The notes: generated by a model not told the origin, from the sequence alone. A DNA stretch of 64,000 bases from Oikopleura dioica (GCA_907165135.1 OU015569.1:2914001-2978000), one strand, 5' to 3'; counted from the first letter of the stretch, positions 51,163-64,000 are shown. Program-made: numbers and translations.

Positions 51163-52475
51163 TAAGCCTGGTCGTTGATCGAAAGAAAAATACTGAATCC
51201 AACCATGCCCGATCACCAACTCACAATGTTATGTAACCAAAAAAGAACAAAAAAATGAAAAAAAATCTGCTAAAATCGAGAAAAAAAAGCGAAAATCACT
51301 ACTGCCACTTTTATTCACAACCGAGTTATTAGCGCCATCGAACTGTGGCACATCATTAGGTTAAGTCGGCCTGGACGATTCTCCAGGCTGTGTATTCTTG
51401 TCGAAAGTATTCGAGATTTGCTTCTATTGAAGGACTACGTTAATTTGCTCAATGATGTTACAGCTTATCGGCAACGATAGTGAATTTCTCCTCCCCATTT
51501 ACCTGAACTCCTTTTCCCTCTTTTACTCCTTTAGTTTTTATTCAACTGTCCTGAATGTTCATCCAGCAACGTTATGATCAATTTTATGCTCTCCTTTATT
51601 CAACTTCTCATTTGTCCTGCTCCGCCCCCATTCCGCCTTCCATAGCGATGTGCTATCCAAGGCGCCTCTCGGAAATCGTTATTACTGTCTCGTGATGAAT
51701 CTATTCCGACAAGCGCGAAATATATGAATGATTGGAGTCATTCACCAGCGCCCTCGGTACTCTTCCTTGCTATCAACTTGAAATCCGAAGCTAGCTTTCT
51801 ATAATTCAAATTAACTCCCCGATTCCCGAACTTGTAATTTATGCATCAATCTCTTCTGACGCTGACCAGTTTTATCATCGTATTTGCCGTCGGTTCTAAG
51901 TGATGAAACGTATTTTCACATTTTCCCAAGTTTCCAAAGTGTCCAAAAGTTCACACTTGCATTTCTTTTTTTACAAATTGAAACTGACTAAAAATATAAT
52001 AATCAAATAGCGCATATCTGGTTAAAATGTAAAAAAAACGAAACTGAATTAAAGTCATCTGTTTTCGAGAAAAAGTGGGAAACCCAAAATTTTGAAAGCC
52101 ACAAAAAAAGATGAAAAAGAGTTTCAGGAAAAAGGCTTTTCCCCGGAACTGGGGCGACTGGATGATTTTCTGAAAGGAAAAAATATGGAATAATGAATGA
52201 TGTGTTTTCAAGCAGATGCGTGCTCTATTACCCTTTTTATGTTATCCTGTAAATAATTAATATATTTTATTATTATTATTATGTTGATGCCGATTTTAAA
52301 AGTGGCACAAGTCGCGTTATTATTCTTTAACTCTTCGGAAATACCCTTTTCGAGCAAGTGCACTCCTGAATCCTAATTTTCGCTACTTTTGCTAAAAACG
52401 AAGAAATAAGAAAAAAAGAACAAGTCGGAATTCGTGAGCCAGGAAGTTGCCATTTCATGTTTTCGAGTTCTAGCG

Positions 52476-52642
52476 CAGGGCTCGGCAATCTGATCTGACT
52501 CAGGACCTGTTTCATGAGTTTTTGCACGTTTCCTGAGTGCCTGATGAAAATAGACCCTATTTTTGAGCTAGATCTAAGTCCTGAGTAAAATTCCAAGTCA
52601 GATTACTCTGACCTGAGTTCTGAGTCAGGTTGCCGAGCCCAG
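52476..52642. mobile_element. ~167-bp MITE-like copy C of the hAT-like family with both termini
   Basis: CAGGGCTCGGCAA at the left end and TTGCCGAGCCCAG at the right end; internal CTGACTCAGG motifs. No intact 8-bp TSD. Confidence 0.65.
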
Positions 52643-53352
52643 ATTCCGACTTGCGAAGTTCATTTTCTGGATTCACTAGTTTTGCCAATGTCATGTATTT
52701 CCCAATTTTTTGTTAATATTTTCGACATGTATTTTCTATTATACAAAGTTTAACAAAAATGTAAAAAAACTTCAAAAAAATAAAAAAGTGAAAACGCTCA
52801 ACGCGGTGAACAAAATTCAAAACGTAAATTACTCTAGTACTGTTGATTGCAACTTACACGTTACAGTATTTGTCCAGTTCGAACTTCGAATTTATAATTT
52901 TACGATTCTTCATGCTTCTCCGATGCACGCTAAAAATTAGGCCTGTGCCAGATCCTCTTTACTGTGATTCTTCTTTAAGCAAATGAAATACATTACAAAC
53001 GTCCCTGACTTTTAGCGTGTGTGTCTTTTAATCCTTTCAATGCCCTGTAGCAACAGCCTTGCTGCTTAATTATTATCTTAAAAATGATCTTTTAAAAAGC
53101 GCCAGTCCATTTCTCCGCGACTCGGCAAAGCTACAAATTATAAAAATTACAAAACTTCTGAAAATCCCAAAAAAATTACAAAATAAATAAAATAAAGTAA
53201 AAATCTTCAAAACAACAAAAACTTCCTTTTCGCTGTATTTCCAGTAAATTGCTTCAGACTGTTTTGCTTGGCAGGAAAGATTCGGAAATGAAATAACCAA
53301 GCCCACTCGCCAATTATTTTTTTTCGCCCGCTCGAGTCAGTAGCTGAGAGAG

Positions 53353-55385
53353 ATGGCACCGCAGTCAAAATCGCAAAATGAGAAGCACAAGATGATCCTC
53401 GCCCAGCTCCTCCAAAAGGAAGAAAACAAGTATTGCGCCGACTGTGGCACCAAATCGCCAAGGTAGCATAAAAACTTTGAAGAGAAAAATAAACGTATTC
53501 GAATTTGCAAGATGGGCAAGCTGGAACTTGGGCATCTTTATGTGCATCCGGTGCTCTGGAATTCACCGAGGAATGGGCGTCCACATCTCCAAAGTGAAAT
53601 CTGTAAATTTAGACACATGGACGCCAGAGCAAATGCAGGTATTACTATCGCCGATTAATAGAGTACAACTAGTTTCTTTTTAGAGCATATGTTCAAAAGG
53701 AAATGAATGGGGGAAGAACTATTATGAGGCGAACTTGGCGTCTTCATTTGCTCGACCAGGTGAGAACTAGTCCTCTAAGCTCTATTGATGATCCTGAGTC
53801 AGGAACCCGAAAAAAGCCGCTTCTGATGCGAATCAGCTCTTTCATGATCCTGACGCAGGTTTCTACCAGTTGGTTTCCGAGCCCAGTCCTTTTCTGCTTG
53901 GCCTAAAGAGTCATCTTTATTATCAACAAAAATAATTTTTTTTTCAAGTAAATGACGACAGCAAAATGGAAAGATTCATAAGAGAGAAGTACGAAAGAAA
54001 AAAGTACTGCGCCTCGAAGCCGCCAGCATTGAACTCTGTCTCACTGTCAACTGCCTCTTCTAGAACTGTAAGTGAAGCTGTTTGTGTTGTGAAACAATGT
54101 CTAAAACGTAGTCAAATCAGCAGAGGCAGCAAGTATCCGTCCCATTGCCAAAGCAGAACGCGACCAGAGACACGGCCACTTCAGGTTAGCCAAAATCAAA
54201 TTAATCAATTTGAAACGCGCTATTTTGTAGCAATTCCAAGAGCGCGAGGGGCCAGATCAGGCGTGACATCCCCAATCGAACAGATTGGCAACGGTATTCC
54301 ACAACAAGCAACTGCCCAGCAAGCCGCTCCCTCGGTAAATTACTGTAAAATCCGTATTATGAATCCAGTATACTTACTTTGGAGCATAATCGATACTTCG
54401 AACGAAACGTCGGTCGTTTCTAGAATGCACTTTTGGCAAGCTCTGTTTTTAGTCGTCCGGCTTTGACGATTTACTTGGACTTGGATCCCCAACACCAGCA
54501 GCTCCAGTTCAAGCCGCCCAGGTTCCCGTCGCGTCTACTCCAAGGTATTCTCTTTCTTTCTATTAGCAGATTATGATATAGCTTGTAGCGCGGCCGATGA
54601 TATCTTCGGTGATTTCACTTCTGCAACTGGCGAGCCAGCTACCAGTGCTCAGCCTGCGGCTGCTGCTCAGCCAGCCGCCGCAGCAGTTGATTCTGGCAAG
54701 AAATCCAATGCAGATATTCTAGCACTGTTTGGAGCGGCCCCTGCTTCAGCTCCTAATCCGATGCAAGGATTTGGAATGAACCAACCCAATCAATTCGGCG
54801 CACCAATGCCCCAACAAGGTGGCTTCCCCCAGCAAGGATTTCAGCAGCAGGCCTTCCCTCAACAAAGCCCTCAAGGATTTATGCAGCAGAGTCCACAAGG
54901 CTTCGCCCAGCAGGCTCAGCCTTTCGGAAACCAAGCTGGCTTCGGTCAAGCTCCTCAGCAACAAGCTTTCAACCCGATGCAAGCTAATCCAATGGGTCAA
55001 CCAATGAATAACATGGGTAAGTCTACAAGTCTGTCAGCGAGTTCAAATTTTAATCAAATTATCAAACAGGCTCCTTCCAAATGGGAAATCAATTCGGCGG
55101 TCAACAACCATCACAAGCTGCCTTCAACGCGGCCAATCCCTTCATGAACTTATCAAATGCAACGCCACAGCAACAAATGTCTACACAAAACTCTCTCGAT
55201 CAAGTAATTATGCATATACTCTCAGCATTGTTCAATCCTTTTTAAAGTTGAACATCGGAATGGGAAATCTGACGACGAAGCAATCGCAGCCAAACTCCAA
55301 CCCTTTTGCATCGATGGATCAAAAGCCAAACCCCTCCGCTGCTCAGAACAGTTTGAATTCTCTCAACATTGACCTTTTCGGGTAA
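53353..55385 (+). CDS. SMAP1: SMAP1/2-type ArfGAP
   Basis: CADC...[40 protein letters not shown] and [14 protein letters not shown]-rich tail with NPF motifs. SMAP1 versus SMAP2 is not resolvable. Confidence 0.88.
53791..53886 (-). repeat. Dispersed hAT-like terminal repeat family, copy D (SMAP intron)
   Basis: Reverse complement CTGGGCTCGGAAACCAACTGGTAGAAACCTGCGTCAGGA. Confidence 0.7.
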
Positions 55386-55831
55386 TCAATAAGAATGCTT
55401 CAACTTTTCGCCAAAGCAAGCACGCAGTTAAAAATGCTTTCCGTTCATCATTTTTATTTTCCTTTCTAAATCTTCATGTCTGCTTTAATCGAATCTATTC
55501 CCCGTGACCATACTTATCCTTTCGTTTTCTTGAGAAGGTCGTTCTTCTTTCCAGTATATATTCCTTTTTTCCTTCGTTAAAGAGACTCCTTTAGTATCAA
55601 GTACCTTAATGACTAAATGACGAGTGTGCAATTGAATGTTTAGCAAAGTAAGTATTATTTTCGTAAGGTTCTCTACCTGCTATTATCCTCCTCCCGTGTC
55701 GACCATGTAATCGACCATTGGGAGTATTCTTTTTCTACGCTGTTTCCCCGGGAAATCTTCCAAGTTCAAGAAACTATAGTTCATAATTCACTATCTCTTC
55801 ATTTGCCGCGCTTTAGATTGTTCTAAAGTCG

Positions 55832-57187
55832 ATGTCGGACACAATGATAAGAAACCACGATGGCCGCTTCAAGAATATCGTCAAAGCAACCGATCGCCCC
55901 AAAAGCATCTCTGGCTTCTTTGCCAAGATCTTCCTTCCAAAGGACTATCCCAGATCCGTGTCTGAAGACTACACCCGATACCAAATCTGGGACTCGGCAC
56001 AGGCGTTATGCTCATCCGTCACTGGGGCTTTGGCGATTCATTCCGTATTCCAAGGTATAAATGAGTCTCTTCTCAAGAAGATTTGAGTATTTCCATCTCT
56101 TCAGGCATCGGAGTTGGTGACAGTCACGCTTCCTCTCTCTCCGCCACGACTAACTGGATTGTTCGGGATGGAATAGGCAAGATCGTTTCGATCTCTTTCG
56201 CCTACTACAAAGGGTCTCAAATTGACGCCGATTGTAAGCGCTTCCGGCTCTTCGCTGATGTCGTCAATGATGTGGCCCTAACATTGAACATTATCTCTGC
56301 TGTTTTGCCACCAGGAGTTCGACCGTACATTTATTGTATCACCTCTTGCTGCTGGGCGCTCGTTGGTGTCGCTGGCGGCTGCTCACGGACCGCAATGACA
56401 ATTCATCAGGCGCGACGGGATAATGCTTCCGATGTTCAAGGTAATCTTATTTTATTTTACGGCTGTCTCGAATAAGCTGGTATTCAGCAAAGGACCAAAG
56501 CCAAGAAACACTCGTTGGACTAGTTGGACTTGTATTCAGCTACTTTCTTGTCCCTCTGGTAACGACGACCGTGTTCAATTCGTGCTTGACTTTTGTCGCG
56601 TTCACCTTTCTGCACATCCTCTTCAACTGGCTGGCAGTTAGGTCGTTGAATATGGATGTATTCAACGTCACTCGTGTGCGAATTCTCATCGCACACTACT
56701 TGAAGACCTGTGATATCATCTCTATCCCGGAGATAAATGAACAAGAGCCAATAATTATGAACTATCCACAAACCGCCGAAATAATTGTTGGAGCAGTGTA
56801 TAACCCACGCAACCAGATCTATTTCGAAAACAACTCTGGTTTTGTATCAAGGAAAAGGTCACGCTCATTTTACTATTATCATCACTGTCTGAAAGACGCT
56901 TGTCTTGCATACTAACAAATACTTACTTTTACGTGGCGATGTTTTATTTGCTTGTCCCTTCTTCAAAGATCGTACGACGAAGGACGACCCATTCTTGTCC
57001 ATCTCTTCGAAGAGAATACCAGCGACGAGCTTTTGAGCTCGTCGCCTCAGCCGCTTACCTGGAACGCGATATAAAACCGAATGTCCACAAGATCAAGTCG
57101 CTCAAAGACAAAGTTGTATGCGCCAAGTACAACCTAGAGCGAAATCATTTCGCTCCCAACCGACATAGAGTCCTCAAGCTCCACTAA
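55832..57187 (+). CDS. RUSF1: RUS family member 1 (C16orf58, DUF647)
   Basis: IFLPKDYPRSVSEDYTRYQIWDSAQA, GIGVGD, RLFADVVND, NASDVQAKDQSQETLV. Possible 1-nt deletion at 57031-57034. Confidence 0.9.
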
Positions 57188-57378
57188 TTTTCAAGAACAT
57201 TTCCAAAATATTTATTTTTATCTTCTGTACTAGTATAGCTAAAGCACATCTGTAGCCAATTTTGCTCCAAGCGTTCGTTAATTTATTTATTGATAAGTTC
57301 TGTTAGTTCAATCTTTTTTCAAAAATGACACTGTCGAGTAGTATTTTAAATTGCTATTCAATAACGATTTGCGTTTAG

Positions 57379-58727
57379 ATGCGCCTGAGTCAAATTGACT
57401 GGCCACAAGATCCCGCAAGATGTTCGTTTCTGTGTACTCGTCTCAAGGAGCGCGAAGCAAACCCGATTTCCTTCGATAATAAAGGTAAAAATAGTGGATA
57501 AGAAAAAGGAAATCGATCATCATTTTTTAGTTAAATTCTGGTCGGATATATTCGCATGCTATTGTGTGGAATTGCTAGCACTCTCCTTCGATATCGACGA
57601 TATGAAGAACTTTGTTCAGAGATTAGATGAAAACGTGGAATCATTCGTGCCAGTCTGCCTGGATCAAATCCTGGAAGTGGCCGCTTGCAAATGCATAAAA
57701 AAGGTTGACTACGAGAAAAATCTTTCCTGGGGATCGTGGACCATGTCAATCATCTCTTCTCCGGTTTCGGCCATGTCTAGATTCAGGTACCATTGATAGA
57801 GATACATAGAGGTTCAATTTCAAAATTGTTTAGTCCGATTCGAAAGAAGGAAAAAGAATTCTACGTGCACATTGAATACGTCGAAAAAGTAGCGGAAGAG
57901 ATAGAGGAGACATGGCGCATCCAGGCGAGCATTCAATCCGATCTTCACATTTTGTCGTGGAAAGAAATGGCCAACGAAGAGAACCATTTGATCAGGCACG
58001 CTTCCGACGTGCCGCTGCTCTGCAAATTACGAAAAGATCTGTATTGCGACGAGGAACTTCAGTTGGTCAAGATCGACGAGCAGCCGCAGCCCGACGAAGC
58101 TGCCTGGCCGAAACTGAGGGCGCTGCTCGACGAGCAGTCCGACGTAGCGGAACGGCAGACTCAGATCATCACGGAGAAGTCGGGGAAGCTGCGCGCCAAA
58201 ATCCGAGCGCGAGAAGACAAGCAAGGCCAGTTGAAATTGCTCAAAGAAAAGAAGCTGGCCGAGAAGGCGCAGCAAATGACCTGGGACAGAGTTAATAAGC
58301 TTGTCGATATACTGGACGCGTACAGATCGAACCTCACCAATAAAAAAGGTAGGAACGAGTAAAAGAAGAGTCTGAATGAATTTTAGTTATTGATGTGATG
58401 AACGAGGCTAACGAAGGAATGAAGCGGGTGAAAAAGGAAATGCCCGACATAGAAGACGTCCATAAACTTCTGGACGACATCGAGGACCATCAAGACGATC
58501 TACACGAAGTTCAAGAAGCCATCGCTCGAGATCTGTCCTCGGCGAGCGAAGAAGAGCTCGAAAAGGAGCTCAATCAAATTCTGCGAAACCCGCAGACGCA
58601 CCGCGACTCGCTCGATGAGAACGTCGATGATCTCCTCAAAGGGCTCACCATCTCCAGCCACATTCCAAAAAGCTCTCCGAAGTACCAATATCCGTCTCCA
58701 TATATTGAATCCCAGCTTTTACCTTGA
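57379..58727 (+). CDS. CHMP7: Charged multivesicular body protein 7 (winged-helix N-terminus plus Snf7 domain)
   Basis: RCSFL...EANPISFDNKVKFWS (human RMSFL...EVNSTDWDSKMGFWA), SWGSW, and a C-terminal Snf7 region with EEELEKEL. Confidence 0.8.
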
Positions 58728-58861
58728 TGGATAAGACAAGCTTATTTTTGCATTTTTAATATATTCAATACAGTTTCATACTCTCAATTCAAAATCAACG
58801 AGAAACTGGCCCGAGCCAGATTTCTTTCCCGTGTTTTGTGTTTTTTATTTGCAGGCATGTC

Positions 58862-58867
58862 TCTAGA
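58862..58867. promoter_or_regulatory. TCTAGA motif upstream of DNAI1
   Basis: About 61 nt upstream of the inferred ATG at 58928. Confidence 0.4.
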
Positions 58868-58927
58868 ATCGATATTTTGAGCAATTGTTGTTTCCTCGCA
58901 GTCATATCACTTCAGTTTTAAGTCAAT

Positions 58928-61588
58928 ATGGGTAAGTTTTATCTTTTTACGCCTTTTTAGGTGTTTCTAAGTACAATAACGCAAGGTGTAATTTTGAGGC
59001 GTCCGCGATATATTTTTCGTAATTTTTATCGCATGACTTGTCAGAATAATATCAGATGATTTTCTTTCAATCACCAGTTATGTGGCGCGCATTTTAAAAT
59101 AGGCACAGTGAAATAAACGCATTCGTAGATTTGGATCAAGAGCAAAGCCCCTCTGATACTGGAGCAGGAGGTCGACGAGCTTCCAATGCGCAAGTTCGAA
59201 GGTCCGTGGCAGGAAAGCCTCCTGCTCGATTCACGCAAATAGGCGACAGTCTTCAGGATGAATACGGAAAGATGGTTGACCAAAGCAAACTTGTCATCAA
59301 GGTAAAAAGCAGTCACCTCATTCGCAATCAACGAGGACAACCTTTTATAGCCCTTCGATCAAGTTGAGCTCACAGAAGAGGAATTGAAAATCGAACACAC
59401 TCGAATTTTGACGGCAAAGAATCCACTCGCCCCGGACAATCACGTTACGTATAGCTTTACTACCCGCGAATTCGAAGAAGGACCTGCCATTCGCCATGTT
59501 CAAAACCACTTTATCAATAAGGGTAATCTCTTCCACCGAGAATCCGATGAGGGCCAGGTATGCTTTTAACTCTTATAAAGTGCCATCTTAACAAAATTCA
59601 TCAGGCGAAAATCGCAGAGGAAATCGCCAAGGAAGAAGCTGAGGCTGAAGAATCCGCGCGAGAGTCCCGAATGTCAATCAGGCCATCTATTGCTGGCAGT
59701 CAAGCCTCGATGCCCCCTCGACGCTCGACAGTAAGAGAATCGATTGCAGCTGCTCCATCAAACATCGAAGCCCTGGCTAACAAGCCAAAGAAGCCCGCGA
59801 AAAACCAGTTCAACTACCAGGAGCGCGATGCTCAATCAGGTAAACCTGTAACTGATTATTATCATCTCTTACTATTGGTTTAGGATTTTTAATGCTCCGA
59901 AATAAGCTCTCTCAAACCGATCCACCACCACGAGTCGACATTTCCGACACTGTTTCTCCTTCCGTCATTTATGATGTCTATCAAGAGCATTTGAAGAAAC
60001 TGGCTGCCGAAAAGGCCGCCGCTGCCAAAAAGCCTGTCAAGCAAGTCAATAAGAAAGAGCCTGTCAAGAAAGAAGTTGTTGTTGAACATGTCAAAAAAGA
60101 TCTTAGGTATGAATGGCAATTTTTAACGTGATCTTTCAATTTATTAAGTGACGTTACCGCCAGAAAAGTCGAGCGAATGCTTAATCAAAATACACACGAT
60201 CAACTTGCTGATGATTTCAAGTACTTCGACGATCCAAATGATAGGTAAAGAATTCTTATTTCTTCCAACACTGACCATTTTGATAAGCGAGCGAACGGAA
60301 GGTTCACTCCTTCCTTTGTGGAGATTCCAATACGAGAAAACAAAACGAATGGCTGTTACTTGCATGGCCTGGTGCCCTGGTACTGACCACGACGATGCAT
60401 TTGTTGTTGGTTATGGCTCTTTTGATTATGCCAAGCAAGGAAAAGGATATCTTGTATATTTCAGGTGAAGAATCGGTATTAATTTTCTCCCGCTGAAGAT
60501 GATTTTAGTATGAAGAACCCAAGCTACCCCGAAGGAACCGTTCCCAGTCCCTCAGGCATCATGTGCCTGTCAGTCAATCCTAAAAAGGGAAATCTCGTTG
60601 CATGCGGTCTTTACGATGGCTCGGTCGCTCTTTTCGACTACAAAGAGAAGAACGCTGACCCTCTCATCCAGACTGTCTCTGTCAAGCGACATGGCGAACC
60701 TGTGTGGGACATCAAATGGATGACTCAAGATGAAAGCGGTCGAGGTCGATTCTGCTCAATTTCCACGGACGGAAAACTCCGATGCTGGACACAGGTAAAA
60801 TAAACGCTCGATATTTCTGAAATACAATTCTAATAGGTCAAAAATGAGCTTGTTGGCACGTCGATGCTCGAATTCAACGAACAGGGCTCTGGAATGTGTA
60901 TTGACTTCCACCCTAAAAATCCAAAAATCTATCTCTGTGGTACTGAGGAGGGTATGGTCCACAAGTGTACTACGGAGTACTCGTCCAAGTACTTGTACTC
61001 CTCCGAGGCCCACGCTGGTGGTGTGATGGTCATCAAGTGGAACCCATTCCATGAAGATGTCTACGCCACTTGTGGCCAGGACTGGACGCTCAAGCTCTGG
61101 AATCAGGTAAATTTTATCAATCTAAACAAAATCGGACACGTTTAAGGTTCGACCCGAGCTCTGTCTAATGAGCTTCGACCTTGGCGCGTCCGTCAACGAT
61201 TTGGACTGGGCGCCCTACAGCTCCACCGTCATCGCCGCCATCACCGAGGGTGATAACGCTCGTGCCTTTGTCTACGATCTCTCGCAGAACAAGTACAACC
61301 CTCTCTGTTACCAAGGCGTCAGTACCAAGAAGAAAACCAGACTTACACGAGTTCTTTTCAATAAATCTCACAGAATCCTCCTCATTTCGAATGACAGGGG
61401 CTCCTGCACTTCCTTCAAACTCAGTCCTAACCTCCGAAAAGTGCCTGTCAAAAGCAAGAAAGATCCTACTCCTCTCCCAGGTAATTTTGAAAAAAATAAA
61501 TCCATTCATTTCATCCCTTTTAGTTGACCCAGCCAAGGAGCGCGAGAAGATTGGAAAGGTTGCTCTTAGTATGATGGACGGATACTAA
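58928..61588 (+). CDS. DNAI1: Dynein axonemal intermediate chain 1
   Basis: TRILTAKNPLAP, NQFNYQER, QTDPPPR, ERMLNQN...FKYFDD, LLPLWRF, SMKNPSYPE, GTEEG, WAPYSSTVIAA and KLSPNLRK all match DNAI1. Confidence 0.93.
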
Positions 61589-61727
61589 ATATACTGTGTT
61601 TTTATTTAACTGACATCAATTTTGAATAAAGTTTCAATATATACTTACTCGTCCTGTTTTATCATTTTGCAAATCGGAAGCCTAGTTAGATATAGTAAGA
61701 CTAGACAATACACGTATGCAGCTTTCG

Positions 61728-62532
61728 TTAATAGCAACTGATTATGTTGAATTTGACGTTTTGACAGCTATATTTTTGGATAATCCCTAATCGTCGCGAC
61801 ATACTGTAATGCAGGAAAGATTTGCTTGTAGTGAAAGCGGTGAACTCAAGCGGAGTCATGAAGTTTGTGACTTTTTTGTTGTTTTCTCTAACGCTATTTG
61901 GGATTTTTTTACTCCTTGGAATTGAGAAAGGATAAGAATAAGTTGACATGCAAAATTTTATTTTTCCGCTAGAGAACAGAATTATCCCCGTGAAAGCGAT
62001 AAAAGAGTACGATAAACTTGGACGAGAGTTAGGTCGACGGCACACAGTTCATCACATGTCAAAATTTTCAACCATGACTGAACAGGAATACGTTCACAGA
62101 ATGAATTCGTAAGTCTACTTCCGATTTTGTAAAGGTCTTCTTAAATCGGGATTAAGCTTTGTGATGGACTGGACCTCGCTATTACTCGCTCCGCTTTTTA
62201 TACAAGTGATAATGATTTTGATGGGTATTTTCCAGTTTGTGGATGAAGCGGATAAAGAGCGTATTTTCAAATCACTACGGTTAGTTGACATATAGAACAA
62301 CTGTGATTCTTTTTCCACAGATCCTTCAGAAGACGAAGGTCGACAACGTGGTCCGAAATCTTCCGCGATCCAGACAACTTCTAAGGATGACTAGGTCCTC
62401 CTGACTCAACTTGCTTTTCTGTACATTTTCGTTAGAAAAAATTACGCCCCGGGATAGCGTGACGTAGAGAGGTCTAAATCGTACGTCACAACTCATGTTG
62501 CAATTTTCGGCATTCCAGTTTAGAGTGGGCAC
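61728..62532 (-). CDS. Uncharacterised short multi-exon gene
   Basis: Exon-like ORFs 62326-62532, 62115-62318 and 61728-62045 with splice-like sites. No family recognised. Confidence 0.35.
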
Positions 62533-63129
62533 GCATTCTTCCTTCTATTTTACCTTTTTCATAACTTACTCAAGTAATTCTAACGGGGAGAGGGCACAAA
62601 CAATTCTTGCTTCTTTGATGATTGTACGAAATAATAACTACCCCATTTCACGTTTTCCTGGTGCTATGACGGATGAATGGGCTAAGTTTAATTACGGCCA
62701 TTTGAAATTCGACTTCGTGAAATGACCGGTAAAAGTGAAATTTAACCGCGAAAGCTTTTCTTGAGTGGGCGCACTTTATTTAATTGCACCGTTCGATTGA
62801 ACAGAGACCAAGGAGACGCTATTATCTCGTCTCTCACTCTTTTTTAATTCGAGCTCAACACGTGAGATTGATTATGAACTTCTCATAAAAATCTACTTTT
62901 CTTGTTTTTTGGGATTTGCTAAAACCAATAACAGAATGTTCTATTTTCGCTTTAACAAATTTAAACAGTATCTCGTAGACTTAATCCATCAAATTTGATT
63001 AAATGAAACAGTAAAAGCTTGTTTTTATTGACTTCAATAAGGAAGACGCTATAATTTTCGAGTAAAATGCCCCTTTTCTTTAATAAAAAGATTTATACAA
63101 GAGGGATTAACTCGCGTTTCTACCCTATG

Positions 63130-63254
63130 TGACGTCAGAGAAAGAGGGATGATTCAACTTTGACGCAGATGGTGGTGGCGGTGCACGTTTGGCTTGCCGC
63201 CAGCCTAGTCTCGCGCTATAAAATGCTCGAAGCACCCGGCTTCTTCCATCAGTC
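63130..63254 (+). promoter_or_regulatory. Core promoter: CRE palindrome TGACGTCA (63130-63137), TATAAAA (63217-63223), Inr-like TCAGTC (63249-63254)
   Basis: TATA lies ~34 nt before the Inr A, which is ~45 nt before the ATG at 63297. Confidence 0.6.
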
Positions 63255-63296
63255 GAGGAGGAGAATTAAAAATTCAACTCGCTGAAAATAAAAAAA

Positions 63297-64000
63297 ATGC
63301 GAATTTTATTGTCGATTTTACTCGGCGGCACTTTAGGTGCGCCGAAAAACAATGAAGCGAGTACTTGCGGTGATCCAGAGCACGAACTTTCCCACTTCTG
63401 CAAAGGAAATGATGACCCTCTTGCCTGCGACGAAAGTCTTTTGTGTGAGTTCTGCCCAGATACTGACTCTTGCTACGTGAGCGATGCAAAGATCGATGCT
63501 TGCAATGAGAAATTCAAAGACGAAGATCAGCCTGTCATGTCTTGCATTTTTTCAAACGCACAGTCACACCTTGCACCCAAAGAATCGCTCAATGAAGAAG
63601 AAGTGGAAGTAGTCAAATCCGTCGTCCAGAAAATCGATGTCGGCGATGCCGATTCTTCAGCGAGTGGGGCAGCGCGTTCTGGATTTCTCAGCCTTTTCAA
63701 TACCGGCGGCTCCTTCGGTCAAGTTTCCGCGCCAATGATGCCTTACGACATGATGTCCGTAAATAACCGACTCTCCGCTCAATTCATCACGTGTCCAGTG
63801 AACGTTCCCTTTTGCCAGCGTCAAGAATGCACATCTTCTATCGGTAACCCGCAGAATAATGCCATGGACTGCTATCGAATCGCTGGATGCTGCTTCGACA
63901 ACGATCTTTTCGTTTACAAGACAGCGTTCGGGCAAGGACTCGCTCTCAACGCTCCTGTTTGCTACCGCGCCATTCGAACACCCCTTTTCCACGTCCTTAC
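63297..64000 (+). CDS. 3'-partial secreted cysteine-rich protein with a trefoil (P-type)-like domain
   Basis: Frame stays open to the window end, so it is absent from the ORF track. Signal peptide MRILLSILLGGTLG|APK, an N-terminal Cys cluster, and CPVNVPFCQRQEC...DCYRIAGCCFD...VCY at 63792-63965. Confidence 0.8.
   Translation, partial: MRILLSILLGGTLGAPKNNEASTCGDPEHELSHFCKGNDDPLACDESLLCEFCPDTDSCYVSDAKIDACNEKFKDEDQPVMSCIFSNAQSHLAPKESLNEEEVEVVKSVVQKIDVGDADSSASGAARSGFLSLFNTGGSFGQVSAPMMPYDMMSVNNRLSAQFITCPVNVPFCQRQECTSSIGNPQNNAMDCYRIAGCCFDNDLFVYKTAFGQGLALNAPVCYRAIRTPLFHVL

Noticed and set aside
51200-53340. A/T-rich ORFs of 76-89 aa in the ZCCHC14-SMAP interval
   Set aside because: Low-complexity F/K/I translations of 3' UTR and intergenic sequence.
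56960-57187. RUSF1 as a frameshifted pseudogene or programmed frameshift
   Set aside because: One extra T in the run at 57031-57034 repairs it, and an alternative GT donor also keeps a frame open. Similar indels recur across the window, pointing to assembly error.

Overview
Eukaryotic, very compact, intron-rich DNA. It is most consistent with the appendicularian tunicate Oikopleura (probably O. dioica). That is an inference from ~40-60 nt introns, GA-AG and GC-AG splice sites, AG acceptors just upstream of start codons, long co-oriented gene runs and a CDK1 with a variant PSTAIRE motif. About 25 protein genes lie in three mostly co-oriented blocks: + 1-18.4 kb, - 19.3-41.7 kb, + 41.8-61.6 kb. 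Recognisable by sequence: IFT81, CFAP53, CDK1, an ankyrin+RING protein, a LAP-family LRR protein without a visible PDZ domain, PIH1D1, BET1L, a metaxin/FAXC-like protein, PSMA5, YOD1, ZCCHC14, SMAP1/2, RUSF1, CHMP7 and DNAI1. There is also a secreted trefoil-domain protein that the ORF track missed, plus several orphans. Longer introns hold non-autonomous DNA transposons: one with a TAA TSD, one Mutator/Foldback-like with a 9-bp TSD, one Kolobok-like with a TTAA TSD, and a four-copy hAT-like family. Several single-base indels at short homopolymers look like assembly errors. No rRNA, tRNA or CRISPR features were seen. Exon boundaries and homology calls were made by eye and from memory, with no database search. 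I found no clear-cut novel system. The best leads are TE-borne promoter cassettes, the PDZ-less LAP protein, the altered ZCCHC14 SAM domain and the trefoil protein.
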